64,000 nucleotides of DNA, from assembly GCF_013167455.1 (NCBI RefSeq), contig NZ_CP038328.1; one strand, 5' to 3'. Positions 44,364 to 55,519 of this stretch are shown here, piece by piece. The notes beneath the pieces are model-generated. The model did not search any database and was not told where the DNA came from. It saw nothing but the letters and a program-made list of their open reading frames with translations. The position numbers and the translations under genes are program-made. The DNA is from Escherichia coli O157:H7 (GTDB lineage Bacteria; Pseudomonadota; Gammaproteobacteria; Enterobacterales; Enterobacteriaceae). Each line of letters begins with the position of its first letter. Position 1 is the first letter of the stretch.

Positions 44364-44866
44364 CTGCGTCGTCGCTCAGGCTTCAGTGATTTACGTAATT
44401 CTCGCGCCAGAAAATAGCGTGTCCAGCTGCGGTTCTTTTCAAGCGTTTCCACCATAAAGTTATTACGTGGAGCCAGCCGCCAGCCGCTGCCACCGGATGC
44501 ACCACGATGATGACTACGACGACGTTTTGCTCCTCCCCGGACACCAAAAAACAGAAACGCCGGATAGAAGTCACCAGAGATCATCCGGTTCCCCTTCCCG
44601 TTGCGCTGGTTAGGGGCAATGCGTGTCATAAAACCGGCTCGCTTTTTACTGGCTCTCGGCACCATGTAACCAATCGAACGAGCCAGGCGTCCGGTCTGAT
44701 AACCGGGGTTTTCACCCGGTGCCGACCGCGCACGGCGCATCACCAGCCGACGGGCATCACGCATATGACGCTGCCCAATCGTGACAAACGCCCGCCGGAC
44801 ACGGGCGCGGTTAAAGCGCATCTCGGCGGGCTGCTGAACATCAACGTGAAAAAAGGGAGTCGCCAT
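44360..44866 (-). CDS. Phage virion morphogenesis protein (Mu G-like)
   Basis: 168 aa, basic, translationally coupled. Confidence 0.4.
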   Translation of the reverse strand: MATPFFHVDVQQPAEMRFNRARVRRAFVTIGQRHMRDARRLVMRRARSAPGENPGYQTGRLARSIGYMVPRASKKRAGFMTRIAPNQRNGKGNRMISGDFYPAFLFFGVRGGAKRRRSHHRGASGGSGWRLAPRNNFMVETLEKNRSWTRYFLARELRKSLKPERRRR

Positions 44867-45251
44867 TGCTGCCTCCGTGACTCTGCGTAAATTCGCCCAG
44901 TTCCGTACACTCCAGCAGCAGAAAGCGCCGCGCCCCGTTCAGATCGCGCTGACGTTTCACCCGGTACACACTGTCATCACAGACCACCTCATAATCAGCA
45001 GTGATCCCGCGGCGGTAGCGAATGGTGATGTAATGGGTGATGGCGTCCCCGGTCTGCGCGGTTTCCTGCCAGGTGGTGGCACTGGTCTGGATAACCTTCG
45101 CCCATGCCCGGAACGCAACCGGGTATTGAGGCTCCACGCCAAAGTTATCCGCGGGCATATCCACCCGCTGGCGGATCAGGACGCGTTTATTCAGTTCGCC
45201 GGGGTCCGGCAGTATGTAGGTTGCGCTGGTCTGCGCCTGACGAATTTTCAT
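44841..45251 (-). CDS. Head-tail joining protein
   Basis: 136 aa downstream of capsid gene. Confidence 0.4.
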   Translation of the reverse strand: MKIRQAQTSATYILPDPGELNKRVLIRQRVDMPADNFGVEPQYPVAFRAWAKVIQTSATTWQETAQTGDAITHYITIRYRRGITADYEVVCDDSVYRVKRQRDLNGARRFLLLECTELGEFTQSHGGSNGDSLFSR

Positions 45252-45616
45252 AGTGGTATAAGGCGATAAGGAGCAACCAACCAGTTAAAACTCATTGGCA
45301 ACTCCATTTTCTCAACGTCTGTAACCGTTGAGCGGTTTTCGTAGAAATGGCTGACAAGTAGCAGAAGTGCCAGCTTCACATCATCAGATATCACAAGCCC
45401 ATCAGGATCATCCGCAGGCCTGTCATCTGCGGTTGCATACAACTTACGGTTAAGGAAGTTTTCCGTACGACTCTGAGCGGCCTTACCAAGCAGTTCAAGC
45501 AACTCATCTTCATCAGAGAAATCATCATCCAGACGGAGCTGAAGCTTAATCTCTTCCATTTTTAACAGCATAAAACCTCCTGTGCCCGCCAGAACGCGGG
45601 CACAAAAAAACCGCAT
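45248..45616 (-). CDS. Head-tail connector / DNA-packaging protein
   Basis: 122 aa, acidic; gene order. Confidence 0.4.
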   Translation of the reverse strand: MRFFCARVLAGTGGFMLLKMEEIKLQLRLDDDFSDEDELLELLGKAAQSRTENFLNRKLYATADDRPADDPDGLVISDDVKLALLLLVSHFYENRSTVTDVEKMELPMSFNWLVAPYRLIPL

Positions 45617-45649
45617 TACGCGGCGTGCTGTATTACGTAAAAAGACTAA

Positions 45650-46879
45650 TCAACCACCAACGCTACCTTTCCCCACCAGCGCTTTAATGGCAGAGGTGTC
45701 TTCCAGGATACAGTCAAAACGATGGAAGGCCAGAAAACCGGTCTGATCATATTCCGCGTAACGCTCAACCAGACGTTTAAGAATCATGTATCGCACACGA
45801 CGGATAATGAAGCGATCAAAGTCACCACAGAACATGAATTTTTTACCCGCCCCGATATCATCAATTTCCTGATCAATGACATACGGTACATTCAACACTG
45901 AAGCAGGTGCCACACCAACAATATCCGGCAACCATAAAGGGCGTCCCTGACCGTCTTCCATCTCACTGATCAGTTTCAGCGTATTATCGTTAAACGCCAG
46001 GCGGAATTTCGGTCCGCGACGATATGCAGGATCAATGCTGTGTTTCAGAGCCAGAATTTCCTGCCACTTCACCGTATTTGCCGCGGCAGTCTGTGTTGTG
46101 CCGGTCACAGATGCGACCAGCCCTTTGGGTTGTTTAGGCGTACCAGCACCAGTTCCCTGAATCAGATAACGGGCTTCACCACGACCAATACGTTCAGCAA
46201 TGCGACGGGCAAGATAAGCTTCCATATCGATCGCACTGTCCTGCAGCAACTCATTAGACACACGAATTATTTTCGATGTCATTTTGAGCGCCCCAAGGCT
46301 TCCCATACCGAAATCGGTGTCTTCTTCACCGGCTTCTTCATTTTCGCCCAGCAGAACACCAACTTCGGAAGTACCATCAGCTGTTGCCCACTCCATAGTG
46401 CGACCGTCAGAAGTGGTAAGAATCTGCGCCACACTGGCGATGCCACCGTAGGATTTCATCTTCTCAACAACTTTCGCCAGGAATGTTTCTGGTACGGTAT
46501 ATCCGCCCTTTTCATCCTGAGCTACGCCCTGGGCACGAAGTTCACGCAACGCCTTTCGTTCTTCTGATGTCAGCTCACTGGCACCGTGACGCATCCACTT
46601 ATCAAAAACCTGAGCTCGTTTCTCATCCTGTTGTGGATTGTTTTCCGGATCAAGATTCTGACGCTGCTCTTCCTCATTGCTTTCAATGTACGCCTGATCC
46701 TGACGACGCAGTTCTTCTTCGCGTGCAATTCGTTCATCAAGCGCTTCCAGTTCGGATTTTGCTTTGTTCCACTCAGTGCGCTGCTCTTCCGTCCATGCGT
46801 TATCACCAATTTTTTCATTCAGGGCGCGCATGTCAGTTGCGATAGTATTACGTTTCTGTTTCAGTTCATGCAGTTTCAT
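45650..46879 (-). CDS. Major capsid protein (HK97 fold, N-terminal coiled-coil delta domain)
   Basis: 409 aa; coiled-coil N-terminus (…ELEALDERIAREEELRRQDQ…); follows protease and portal. Confidence 0.75.
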   Translation of the reverse strand: MKLHELKQKRNTIATDMRALNEKIGDNAWTEEQRTEWNKAKSELEALDERIAREEELRRQDQAYIESNEEEQRQNLDPENNPQQDEKRAQVFDKWMRHGASELTSEERKALRELRAQGVAQDEKGGYTVPETFLAKVVEKMKSYGGIASVAQILTTSDGRTMEWATADGTSEVGVLLGENEEAGEEDTDFGMGSLGALKMTSKIIRVSNELLQDSAIDMEAYLARRIAERIGRGEARYLIQGTGAGTPKQPKGLVASVTGTTQTAAANTVKWQEILALKHSIDPAYRRGPKFRLAFNDNTLKLISEMEDGQGRPLWLPDIVGVAPASVLNVPYVIDQEIDDIGAGKKFMFCGDFDRFIIRRVRYMILKRLVERYAEYDQTGFLAFHRFDCILEDTSAIKALVGKGSVGG

Positions 46880-46889
46880 GATGTTTCCT

Positions 46890-47507
46890 TTACGCGTTAA
46901 GAAGGGTCAGGACGCGTTCACGCGCCATACGTTGATTAATGGCTTTCTGTAGCGCGCCGCTGTTGCGCGCCTCCTGCCATGCTTTCATGGAGCGAACAGC
47001 CGAGTCAGCCTCCTGATAGGCAGGATATGTCACAGGACTGACATCCAGCAGACGGGAAAAGCGGGTTATCTCGCGAATAACAACCCCGTCCTCATCCTGA
47101 TACCACTCCTCGCCGTCACGGGCGACACGGAAAGCAAAAGATGACTGGTTAATATCTCCACGTTGCATCGGGGCCAGCACCAGATCACGAATGGTCTGTG
47201 TCTCCGGAGCCTGGATGTCATAGCGCAATCCGCGCTCATCAACTGAAAGATTCAGCGTGCCTGCTGCACTACGCCCAAGAATAAAATTAGGATCGTGGTT
47301 AAACAGTGCGCGTACATCATCACCAAGCACATCGTCAAAAGCGCCGGGCCGGATGATTTCGCGGAATGAACCAAATATCAGCTCAGAACGACAGTCAAAC
47401 ACCGATCCATAACCGATAATGTGCGCAGGGTTATCGTCATGCCGCTCAGCACGCACCTCACCGCTGTAACAACGGATTTCACGGTCATTCATTGGTTTTT
47501 CCCTCAT
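46890..47507 (-). CDS. Prohead protease (HK97 family)
   Basis: Position between portal and capsid; about 205 aa from internal start. Confidence 0.7.
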   Translation of the reverse strand: MREKPMNDREIRCYSGEVRAERHDDNPAHIIGYGSVFDCRSELIFGSFREIIRPGAFDDVLGDDVRALFNHDPNFILGRSAAGTLNLSVDERGLRYDIQAPETQTIRDLVLAPMQRGDINQSSFAFRVARDGEEWYQDEDGVVIREITRFSRLLDVSPVTYPAYQEADSAVRSMKAWQEARNSGALQKAINQRMARERVLTLLNA

Positions 47508-48711
47508 CATTTTTTGGGGGCTTAAAATCTCCTGCCGGGTTAGCAGCATTCACGCTTACCAGCATCTCATCCAGCCCTTCAACCGGATTCATATCCTCGA
47601 ATGCGCGGGCTTCATTACGGCTCATCCATCCATCGGTAATAGCGAAGTGATAGAATTGCGCGCGCTCCTGCGGAGTTCCGCGTAAAAGCCCCGTCAGATT
47701 GAACCTAACGTAATACCCGGCGGCTAACTCAGCGCGGGTAAACAAGCGACGGTTAAGCTCCTGCTCCCAGTTCGTTACCCACGGCATCATCGTGTAGCGG
47801 ACAAACTGAATCGCCTGCGCAGAAATATTGGAGAAGGTGGCTTTTTCGAGGTCATTAATCATGTGCGCAGGAATATTGAAAATACCGGCAATCATTGAAC
47901 GGTTCAGTTTCATCATGTCAATGATCTGAGCGTCAACTGGCGACACAGTCAGTGCCTTGTAATCCAGATCGGCTGGCAGCAGCATGGTTTTGTTTTCCTG
48001 GCTGCGTAACGCCTGCGATGCCTTCTGCCACTGATCTTTAAGCCAGCCCCAGCTGTCCTTATTGAGTCCGCTTTTAACGGATACTATCCCCGCCGGACGG
48101 GCATTACCGCTGAAGAAGCTTTCTGTGTATTTCTGACCGCTCATCCCCATGCCTATTGTTTCGGCATGTTGCATAATCGGACTCAGCCCCATCTTCTGAT
48201 TATTACCCAGCGCACGGATGTGGATCATATCGTCGGGGCTGATCGCAAACGCCCCATATTCGTTGTACAAACCGTAGGTATATCGGCCACCAGTATTCAT
48301 CAGCGTCGTTTCCCACGGCATACAGCAATCCAGGGATATGACTTCACCGCGACGATTACGTTTCACCCAGGTATACCCATTCCCCCAGCCAAGGATGTGA
48401 CGTTGCTTCAGTTCGCGCCATTTGTAACTGGTTTGCCAGGTATTGGGCTCATCATGAACCAGATAAAACGCCGGATGATCGCGTGCGGGCTCAACCTTCC
48501 CATTGTGCCTGCGCATAACATGCAACGGCATCTGGGCAAGGCTGGAAGACAGGACATAGATACAGGAATACACCGCAGCCAGTTTCATCGCAGTTTCAGG
48601 ACTGACATAAACGTCTGTCCGGAACAGCCCATCAGTATCAACGGCATCCCCGGTTATCGGGGTGGAAGGATTCTCCAGTGATTTACTTCTGAACAGAGCA
48701 TCAAGCAGCAC
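47485..48711 (-). CDS. Portal protein (HK97 family)
   Basis: 408 aa downstream of terminase large subunit. Confidence 0.7.
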   Translation of the reverse strand: MLLDALFRSKSLENPSTPITGDAVDTDGLFRTDVYVSPETAMKLAAVYSCIYVLSSSLAQMPLHVMRRHNGKVEPARDHPAFYLVHDEPNTWQTSYKWRELKQRHILGWGNGYTWVKRNRRGEVISLDCCMPWETTLMNTGGRYTYGLYNEYGAFAISPDDMIHIRALGNNQKMGLSPIMQHAETIGMGMSGQKYTESFFSGNARPAGIVSVKSGLNKDSWGWLKDQWQKASQALRSQENKTMLLPADLDYKALTVSPVDAQIIDMMKLNRSMIAGIFNIPAHMINDLEKATFSNISAQAIQFVRYTMMPWVTNWEQELNRRLFTRAELAAGYYVRFNLTGLLRGTPQERAQFYHFAITDGWMSRNEARAFEDMNPVEGLDEMLVSVNAANPAGDFKPPKNDEGKTNE

Positions 48712-48858
48712 GCGTCCCCCTTCTGGCCATAGCCAGTGCGCCCACCAGCAGTAAACCGCCGGACAGCATCAGAGCCGGAGCCATACCAAACTGCAGGTAA
48801 AACCCGCACGTAAGCAGGCCAAAACCAGCCAGCCCGATAACATCAGCAATTAGTGATT

Positions 48859-50592
48859 TCATAGAATTAAGAGAGCATCGTCCGGATCAAGAGATGAGAG
48901 GAAATCGTCGGGTTCTTTGAGCATTGCCCGACCGATCGCCATAATCAGCGCAACCGCACCATCGATTTTGTTTTCCGCCTGCTCCTTGACAGGCTTCACC
49001 ACATCATCGTTACCCGGAATGGTTTTGCCGACCACGTTGCCGATACACCAGGTCATGATGGGATTGCCGTCATGATGAAAGCGCCCCGATTCAATCGCCG
49101 CTTCCAGCTCTTTCATCGGATCGGACATGTTGGTGTAGTTCTGAATGATGGTGATGGGGTTCAGGTCTTCATCAGCAAGGTCATGCGACAGCCCGGTCGC
49201 CCCGAAGGGGTCGATGGGTGACTCACTGACCGGGCTGATTTTGTTCGCCGCTTTGGCCTCCTCGAGGATGTACCGATAATCCACCTCCGCACCAGCGGTA
49301 ACAGTCAGAACGCCCATTTCCACCCATTTCTGAAAGCGTTCGGCTGTCCGGCGATCTTCATTTTTCTCGACGCTGTACACCGTGTCATACGGTACCCAGA
49401 AACGCGGGGCCACACTGTAGTAATGCGTTTTACCGTCAATCTCGCGGGTATAAAGTCGCGCCATGCTGTTCATATCCAGCTTACGCGCCAGGTCAAAGGC
49501 CAGAATGCACGGCTGCCCCTCGAACTGCTCAAGGGTCAGTGATTTATCCTCGCAGCTCTGCCAGCTCACCAGGTTGAAATACGCCGAACGCGCCGACACC
49601 CAGATATTGAGGTGTTTTGTTTTAAAGACGTTTGCCAGACGGGCGTTATTTTTCGCACGCTGCTGCTGACTTAACAAAAATTCGCGATAAACCGACACGC
49701 CAATATTTGGATTGGCTTTTTCCAGCACCTGCGGGTCGATCCAGTCGTCACCTTCATCAACGGTATAGATGATCCCGAACAGTTCATCGTTGGGTACCGA
49801 ACCGTTGAGCATCTCGATAACTTCCCGCCGCTTGTCGTAGCACGGCCCCTCAATGTTGTACCCGGCGGTGGTGATGGCCCACATCAGTGGCTGACGTCGC
49901 GCCCCCATCCCGGTAAGCATCGTGGTATAAAGCGCATCGGTGGCGTGCTCGTGATATTCATCCACCACCGCACAGTGGGGTGATGAACCATCACCAGGGT
50001 TACCGATCAGCGGTTCAAACCGCGCACCATCCTCCGGACGGTTCATGTTTGAGGCGTTAACCTCAATCCCGAACGCTTCCGTCAGCATGGGTGTGCGTTT
50101 ACACATCAGTCGTGCCGGACGAAAGACTTCCCATGCCTGTTTCTCCGTCGTGGCACCGGAATACACTTCCGCGCCGAACTCGTTATCACAGGCAAAACAA
50201 TACAGGGCGACACCGGCAGAGATTGCCGATTTGCCGTTCTTACGGGGGATTTCGGTATACACCTCCCGGAAGCGGCGCAGCCGGGAGCCTTTATTGACCC
50301 AGCCAAACGCGCAGCAGATCACAAAGAGCTGCCACGGCTCCAGCGTGATGGGCATCCGTTTGAATGCCCACTCACCCTTGGTGTGCGGCAACAGCTGAAT
50401 AAATTTCGCGGCCCGTTCAGCCAGGTCCTTGTCGAAGCGGTAACGAAACGACTTACTTTTTTCCGCCATCAGGTCATCAAGATGGCGCTGGCAGGCCTGA
50501 ATCACAAACTGGCAGGCCACAATCTTTCCGCGCACGACATCACGGGCATACTGATTTGCAGCATTTACGTTGGGGTAAGATTTCCGGCTCAT
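48859..50592 (-). CDS. Terminase large subunit
   Basis: 577 aa; ATPase and nuclease regions; overlaps small subunit stop. Confidence 0.8.
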   Translation of the reverse strand: MSRKSYPNVNAANQYARDVVRGKIVACQFVIQACQRHLDDLMAEKSKSFRYRFDKDLAERAAKFIQLLPHTKGEWAFKRMPITLEPWQLFVICCAFGWVNKGSRLRRFREVYTEIPRKNGKSAISAGVALYCFACDNEFGAEVYSGATTEKQAWEVFRPARLMCKRTPMLTEAFGIEVNASNMNRPEDGARFEPLIGNPGDGSSPHCAVVDEYHEHATDALYTTMLTGMGARRQPLMWAITTAGYNIEGPCYDKRREVIEMLNGSVPNDELFGIIYTVDEGDDWIDPQVLEKANPNIGVSVYREFLLSQQQRAKNNARLANVFKTKHLNIWVSARSAYFNLVSWQSCEDKSLTLEQFEGQPCILAFDLARKLDMNSMARLYTREIDGKTHYYSVAPRFWVPYDTVYSVEKNEDRRTAERFQKWVEMGVLTVTAGAEVDYRYILEEAKAANKISPVSESPIDPFGATGLSHDLADEDLNPITIIQNYTNMSDPMKELEAAIESGRFHHDGNPIMTWCIGNVVGKTIPGNDDVVKPVKEQAENKIDGAVALIMAIGRAMLKEPDDFLSSLDPDDALLIL

Positions 50593-51092
50593 GATTCGAT
50601 AATTTTCAGAAACGGGTTAGTGGCTTTCTTCTGCCCCGCCAGGCCAATCAGACGCTGGCGGCTGCTGGGGTCGAGTCCGAGCATTGCCCCCGTACTGCTC
50701 ATCTCGGACTCCTGTTCTTTTTTGGCGGTCAGCTCCGGATTTTTGACCATGCCGCCCATTGCACCGGTGATGGTGTTGCCCTGTCTGGCAATATTTTTCA
50801 CGGCACGTCGCCAGAACTCATAGGCCACGCACCACCGCTCAAGCACCGCGAGGTCAGTCACGCACAGCAGGCCCTGACCGCAGAGTTCTTTGGTTGTCAG
50901 TTGCCACATGATCGTGGCGAGAGGGAGATCTTCTTCAGCGAACCACTCCGGTGGCTCAACACCTTTGATGGGCGTAAAAACAGGTTCATCTTTGTTCAGG
51001 GCTCGCTTGCCGGGGTTTCCGGCCAGCGCCTTGCGCGCCGTTGGCTTGGGGCGACGCCCGGAACGCCCCGCCGTTCCAGCCATATGCGGCAC
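50589..51092 (-). CDS. Terminase small subunit (P27 family-like)
   Basis: 167 aa, basic N-terminus; coupled to large subunit. Confidence 0.6.
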   Translation of the reverse strand: MPHMAGTAGRSGRRPKPTARKALAGNPGKRALNKDEPVFTPIKGVEPPEWFAEEDLPLATIMWQLTTKELCGQGLLCVTDLAVLERWCVAYEFWRRAVKNIARQGNTITGAMGGMVKNPELTAKKEQESEMSSTGAMLGLDPSSRQRLIGLAGQKKATNPFLKIIES

Positions 51093-51208
51093 TCCTGGTT
51101 AAATTTCATTTTTCGCGGGTATAAAAAAACGATGGGGCGGGCAGTCCGGAAGACGTCAGGTCACAGGGATTTGACCCGCCCCTCCCCTCTGGCAGTGGGA
51201 ACTGGTTC

Positions 51209-51559
51209 TTACTTCAGCCGTTCACGGGCCGTCTTCGCCTTATGACACGGCCAGCACAGGCTCTGCAGATTGCTGTCGGCATCAGTGCCGCCATGCGCTT
51301 TAGGGATGATGTGGTCAACGGTTTTCGCCTCGCGCACCACACCGGCACGCAAACACAACTGACACAGGCCTTTGTCACGCTTTAGTACACGCCCCCGGAT
51401 AACATCCCATTTCGAACCATAACCGCGCTGGTGTCGGGACTGGCCTGGCTTGTATTGCTTCCAGCCCTCGCTTTTGTGGCTTTCGCAATAACCTGACGGG
51501 TCAGTCGTGGTATGGCGGCAGCCGCGAACTCGGCAGGCTTTTGGGGTTCGTGGTGGCAT
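51209..51559 (-). CDS. HNH endonuclease (packaging-associated)
   Basis: CxxC ... HIIPKAHGG ... CWPCH zinc-finger HNH motif; immediately upstream of terminase genes. Confidence 0.7.
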   Translation of the reverse strand: MPPRTPKACRVRGCRHTTTDPSGYCESHKSEGWKQYKPGQSRHQRGYGSKWDVIRGRVLKRDKGLCQLCLRAGVVREAKTVDHIIPKAHGGTDADSNLQSLCWPCHKAKTARERLK

Positions 51560-52084
51560 ATGTACTCCAATGAAGAAGCTACCGACATAGCCTCCTCCAT
51601 TCGTCGTGAAACTATTTTCATCTACCCAGTAATGAATTCTTTGAAGAGTTGTAATCAATACAACTCGCTAATGGAGAGGCTTGTCTCACACGTGAGACAA
51701 GCTTCCTGTTTGATTTACTGGACACTATAGAAGGACAGAATGCCTTCCTCACTCGAATCACATCAATTAAGGAGGTTCAACATGTTTCATTCCACAAGTC
51801 ATCAGGCTGTAATTATGGCAGCATCAGTTTGTGCCACAGACCTTTTCCGCTTCACTTTGAGCCTGATTCATTTCTACCTGACCGGCTCGCCTCTATCTTT
51901 TTAATCCCCGCTTTATCCAAATTGCATTGCCAGAATGCCGACAACAGACTGACATTCAAATCCTGACTACCTCCAATAGTCTGACCGTACACCTATATAG
52001 TTTTAATTTTCATCAATCCATTTAACTATCGTTTAATTGTTGTCACATAGGATTCTGCCGTTTTTAACAATGCAGGATAATAAG

Positions 52085-52378
52085 ATGAAAAAAATGTTAT
52101 TTTCTGCCGCTCTGGCAATGCTTATTACAGGATGTGCTCAACAGACGTTTACTGTTGGAAACAAACCGACAGCAGTAACACCAAAGGAAACCATCACCCA
52201 TCATTTCTTCGTTTCGGGAATTGGACAGGAGAAAACTGTTGATGCAGCCAAAATTTGTGGCGGCGCAGAAAATGTGGTTAAAACAGAAACCCAGCAAACA
52301 TTCGTAAATGGATTGCTCGGTTTTATTACTTTAGGCATTTATACTCCGCTGGAAGCGCGGGTGTATTGCTCACAATAA
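52085..52378 (+). CDS. bor: Bor-family outer membrane lipoprotein (serum-resistance moron)
   Basis: MKKMLFSAALAMLITGCAQ lipobox; about 97 aa; opposite strand to the lysis genes. Confidence 0.7.
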   Translation: MKKMLFSAALAMLITGCAQQTFTVGNKPTAVTPKETITHHFFVSGIGQEKTVDAAKICGGAENVVKTETQQTFVNGLLGFITLGIYTPLEARVYCSQ

Positions 52379-52409
52379 TTGCATGAGTTGCCCATCGATA
52401 TGGGCAGCG

Positions 52410-52868
52410 CTATCTGCACTGCTCATTAATATACTTCTGGGTTCCTTCCAGTTGTTTTTGCATAGTGATCAGCCTCTCTCTGAGGGTGAAATAATCCCGT
52501 TCAGCGGTGTCTGCCAGTCGGGGGGAGGCTGCATTATCCACGCCGGAGGCGGTGGTGGCTTCACGCACTGACTGACAGACTGCTTTGATGTGCAACCGAC
52601 GACGACCAGCGGCAACATCATCACGCAGAGCATCATTTTCAGCTTTCGCATCAGCTAACTCCTTCGTGTATTTTGCATCGAGCGCAGCAACATCACGCTG
52701 ACGCATCTGCATGTCAGTAATTGTCGAGTTCGCCAGCTTCAGTTCTCTGGCATTTTTGTCGCGCTGGGCTTTGTAGGTAATGGCGTTATCGCGGTAATGA
52801 TTAGCCCATGACAAGCAAACGATGATGCAGATAACCAGAGCGGAAATAATCGCGGTTACTCTGCTCAT
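52410..52868 (-). CDS. Rz i-spanin
   Basis: N-terminal TM helix then coiled-coil periplasmic domain; follows endolysin. Confidence 0.75.
   Translation of the reverse strand: MSRVTAIISALVICIIVCLSWANHYRDNAITYKAQRDKNARELKLANSTITDMQMRQRDVAALDAKYTKELADAKAENDALRDDVAAGRRRLHIKAVCQSVREATTASGVDNAASPRLADTAERDYFTLRERLITMQKQLEGTQKYINEQCR
52469..52651 (-). CDS. Rz1 o-spanin lipoprotein embedded in Rz (+1 frame)
   Basis: Lipobox LVVVGC followed by proline-rich [15 protein letters not shown]; entirely within Rz. Confidence 0.7.
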   Translation of the reverse strand: MRKLKMMLCVMMLPLVVVGCTSKQSVSQCVKPPPPPAWIMQPPPDWQTPLNGIISPSERG

Positions 52869-53341
52869 ACCTCAATCTCTCTGACCGTTCCGCCTGCTTC
52901 TTTGAATTTTGCAATCAGGCTGTCAGCCTTATGCTCGAACTGACCGTAACCAGCGCCCGGCAACGAAGCCCAGATATTGCTGCAACGGTCGATAGCCTGA
53001 CGAATATCACCACGATCAATCATCGGTAAAGCGCCACGTTCTTTAATCTGCTGCAATGCCACAGCGTCCTGGCTTTTGGGGGAGAAGTCTTTCAAACCAA
53101 GCTGTTTACGGTAAGCATCCCACCAACGTGAAAGAAGCTGGTAACGTCCGGCGGCTGTTGATTTGAGTTTGGGGTTTAGCGTGACAAGTTTGCGAGGGTG
53201 ATCGGAGTAATCAGTGAAGAGTTCACCACCGACAATAACGTCATAACCGTGGTTACGTGTCGGTTGTCGTCCGTTATCCGTTCCTTCTGACCAAGCCACC
53301 ATATCAAGGAAAGCTTTACGCTGGGAATTTAGTACCTGCAT
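52865..53341 (-). CDS. Endolysin (lambda R-like lytic transglycosylase / lysozyme)
   Basis: 158 aa with …[10 protein letters not shown]… catalytic region; between holin and Rz. Confidence 0.8.
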   Translation of the reverse strand: MQVLNSQRKAFLDMVAWSEGTDNGRQPTRNHGYDVIVGGELFTDYSDHPRKLVTLNPKLKSTAAGRYQLLSRWWDAYRKQLGLKDFSPKSQDAVALQQIKERGALPMIDRGDIRQAIDRCSNIWASLPGAGYGQFEHKADSLIAKFKEAGGTVREIEV

Positions 53342-53344
53342 AAA

Positions 53345-53680
53345 TTACTCCTTAGAGCCACCAAATTTGTTACCGATTACTCGCATTGCAGCCCCACGAA
53401 TAGCATCGACACCGATCAGCCCCACCCCACCACCAATGGCAACAGAAAGTGATTTAGGCCATCCGACATACTCAAGAGCGGATGCAAAGGTCAGCGTCAG
53501 AGCGCCACATAGCAAAATCTCGAGCGTTTTTCGCTTCCAGCCACCACCACCGCCAAAATAGGCGATGCGCAAACCAGCCATAACGATCGACATAATCACT
53601 GCACCCAGCGGTGTGTCTCCACGCCACCAGCTCTGAAACAACTCCAGCCAGTCCGGCCAGGTATTTGGGTTATGAGGCAT
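53345..53680 (-). CDS. Holin (class I-like; start uncertain, ORF open to 53776)
   Basis: Three hydrophobic segments and charged C-terminus; immediately upstream of endolysin. Confidence 0.55.
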   Translation of the reverse strand: MPHNPNTWPDWLELFQSWWRGDTPLGAVIMSIVMAGLRIAYFGGGGGWKRKTLEILLCGALTLTFASALEYVGWPKSLSVAIGGGVGLIGVDAIRGAAMRVIGNKFGGSKE

Positions 53681-53816
53681 TTCGTCATCTCTCACCTCGC
53701 GATATTTGCGGGTGCTGTGTTGGAAATAAAAAGGCCACGCAACGTGGCCACCAGAATTATTTCCCCACCAGTTCACTTACCTCTTTCACCGTCTGATTAA
53801 ACCGCTCTGACTCAAG

Positions 53817-54131
53817 TTAAACACCTAACGCCCGACGCCCCAGCGCCATTGCTGCTTTTATTGTGGAACCGAATCCCATAAAGAAATCAGCAACCAGATC
53901 ACCAGGTCGACTACTGGCATTGATTATTTGCCTGAGCATATCCGCCGGTTTCTCGCACGGATGTTTACCCGGGTAGAACTGAACGGGCTTATGCGTCCTG
54001 ACATCGGTATAAGGCACGGAGACTGATACGGAGAAATAGCGCCGGTGAGATTTAAACTCATCCAGCAATTCAGAAGATTTGCAATTCAGTGAATCATGAG
54101 ATACCACCAACTGGTGGTAGGATTGTCTCAA
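53817..54131 (-). pseudogene. Fragment of N6-adenine DNA methyltransferase (C-terminal part only)
   Basis: HPCEKP and DFFMGFGSTIKAA resemble MTase catalytic and SAM-binding motifs; 104-aa ORF with no N-terminal domain. Confidence 0.45.
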
Positions 54132-54302
54132 CTAGTGAGCTTTATACATTTAAGTGCGATGCACAGATAATAACCACGCCAATGGAATATCACACACAAA
54201 ATTGATAGAACACTAACAATAAGCCACAAAATAATTCACAATTTATTTTTACAGTGGATAAGTAGCAAAGTAGTGAATGTGAATAACGGCTAACTAAGAT
54301 GA

Positions 54303-54330
54303 AACAAAAAGCCCCACAATATGTGGGGCT
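54303..54330 (-). terminator. Rho-independent terminator downstream of the moron genes
   Basis: Minus strand AGCCCCACATATTGTGGGGCTTTTTG hairpin plus T-run. Confidence 0.5.
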
Positions 54331-54388
54331 CCTTCGCGATTTATAGTAAAATAATCGATTCTCTAGCTGAAAAAATCTTTAAAAATTA

Positions 54389-54622
54389 TCAGCAATACGC
54401 AAGTTTTTTACCGTCATCCGGTACTAGTTTGATCACTACACCAGGATTCTTACGCTCTAACATCTGAGTTTGACTCCATGTAATACCAAAGGTTTCCATT
54501 GGAGATGCATTGCCAGCAAAGAGTTCGGCGACGACTTTAGCTGCCTCAATCTCTATCTGCTCATGATGTTTCATAAAAATCCCCTTGTTCAGCACTAAGC
54601 TGTAGTTGCTTCTTTGAAGCAT
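54389..54622 (-). CDS. Hypothetical small protein (moron; probable start at internal Met, about 61 aa)
   Basis: ORF between Q and lysis cassette, bracketed by terminators; no motif. Confidence 0.35.
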   Translation of the reverse strand: MLQRSNYSLVLNKGIFMKHHEQIEIEAAKVVAELFAGNASPMETFGITWSQTQMLERKNPGVVIKLVPDDGKKLAYC

Positions 54623-54765
54623 AAAGGCAACAAAGTTTGTTACCTGAAGATGTATAAAGTAAAGCGTAGTACATTTTGTGTGTGCTTTGTGTGGATCCAG
54701 ATTGCATCAACTAAAAGAGGTTTTCAATACTTTTGTAATGATTCTGGAGAAATTAAGAATCTAAC

Positions 54766-55308
54766 TCACACTGATTGGTTAGGTAAAACGCTCCTAAGCA
54801 CCATTGCGCAACCACCTCGTTCGTAATCAGCAATGTACTCAAAACCACTTTCAGTATAGTATCTTATTGCCCCATCAACTGGACTAACTAAAGCTATCGA
54901 ATCAATAGATTCACCCTGAAGGTTCAGAAATCGTGCATATGCAGAGAAGCAATCCAAAACGATACCAAGCATCTGATGGTCTAGGTCTTCATGTGCATCA
55001 TTACGTTTTTCCATCCAGCAAATATGCACCGCATTTTTCGGCTTACAGTAACACCCAAATGCAAATCCAATAGGCTCCCCACGATAATAAACAACTAGTT
55101 TTATCGGGTGTTCTTCCATCATATCCATAAACACTCGCGACTTTAGTCCGGGATCCCACCGCAGTTTATTGTTAGCCTTGAGGAACTCCATATCTTTTAG
55201 TACCAGCTCGTCGGCATATACGAGCCCTAACGACTTATGAGGGAAGCGCCCTTTTAAATACTCTGCAACATTTTTAAATACTGCTGTTTGGAAGGCTTGA
55301 AACATCAT
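54766..55308 (-). CDS. Hypothetical protein, possibly GNAT-fold acetyltransferase-like (moron)
   Basis: C-terminal …DGAIRYYTESGFEYIADYERGG… resembles GNAT motif B; 180 aa. Confidence 0.35.
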   Translation of the reverse strand: MMFQAFQTAVFKNVAEYLKGRFPHKSLGLVYADELVLKDMEFLKANNKLRWDPGLKSRVFMDMMEEHPIKLVVYYRGEPIGFAFGCYCKPKNAVHICWMEKRNDAHEDLDHQMLGIVLDCFSAYARFLNLQGESIDSIALVSPVDGAIRYYTESGFEYIADYERGGCAMVLRSVLPNQSV

Positions 55309-55386
55309 GTCGATCCAGACGAGACGAAAGTTTAAATTCTACCTACTCGCCGAATACCATTTCAATGCCACACATCTAAAATTCCG

Positions 55387-55414
55387 AAAAAAAACCCGCA
55401 CATCAGCGGGTTTT
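55387..55414 (-). terminator. tR'-like rho-independent terminator just downstream of Q
   Basis: Minus strand AACCCGCTGATGTGCGGGTT followed by T8. Confidence 0.6.
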
Positions 55415-55519
55415 CTACTTTTTATTAAAGCCGGACACACAATGCCTATCATTGAGAAAATATTATCCATTTTTTTTGAAAAATGCAAGCATCATGTCGC
55501 CATTTTCGTCGAAAATCAT

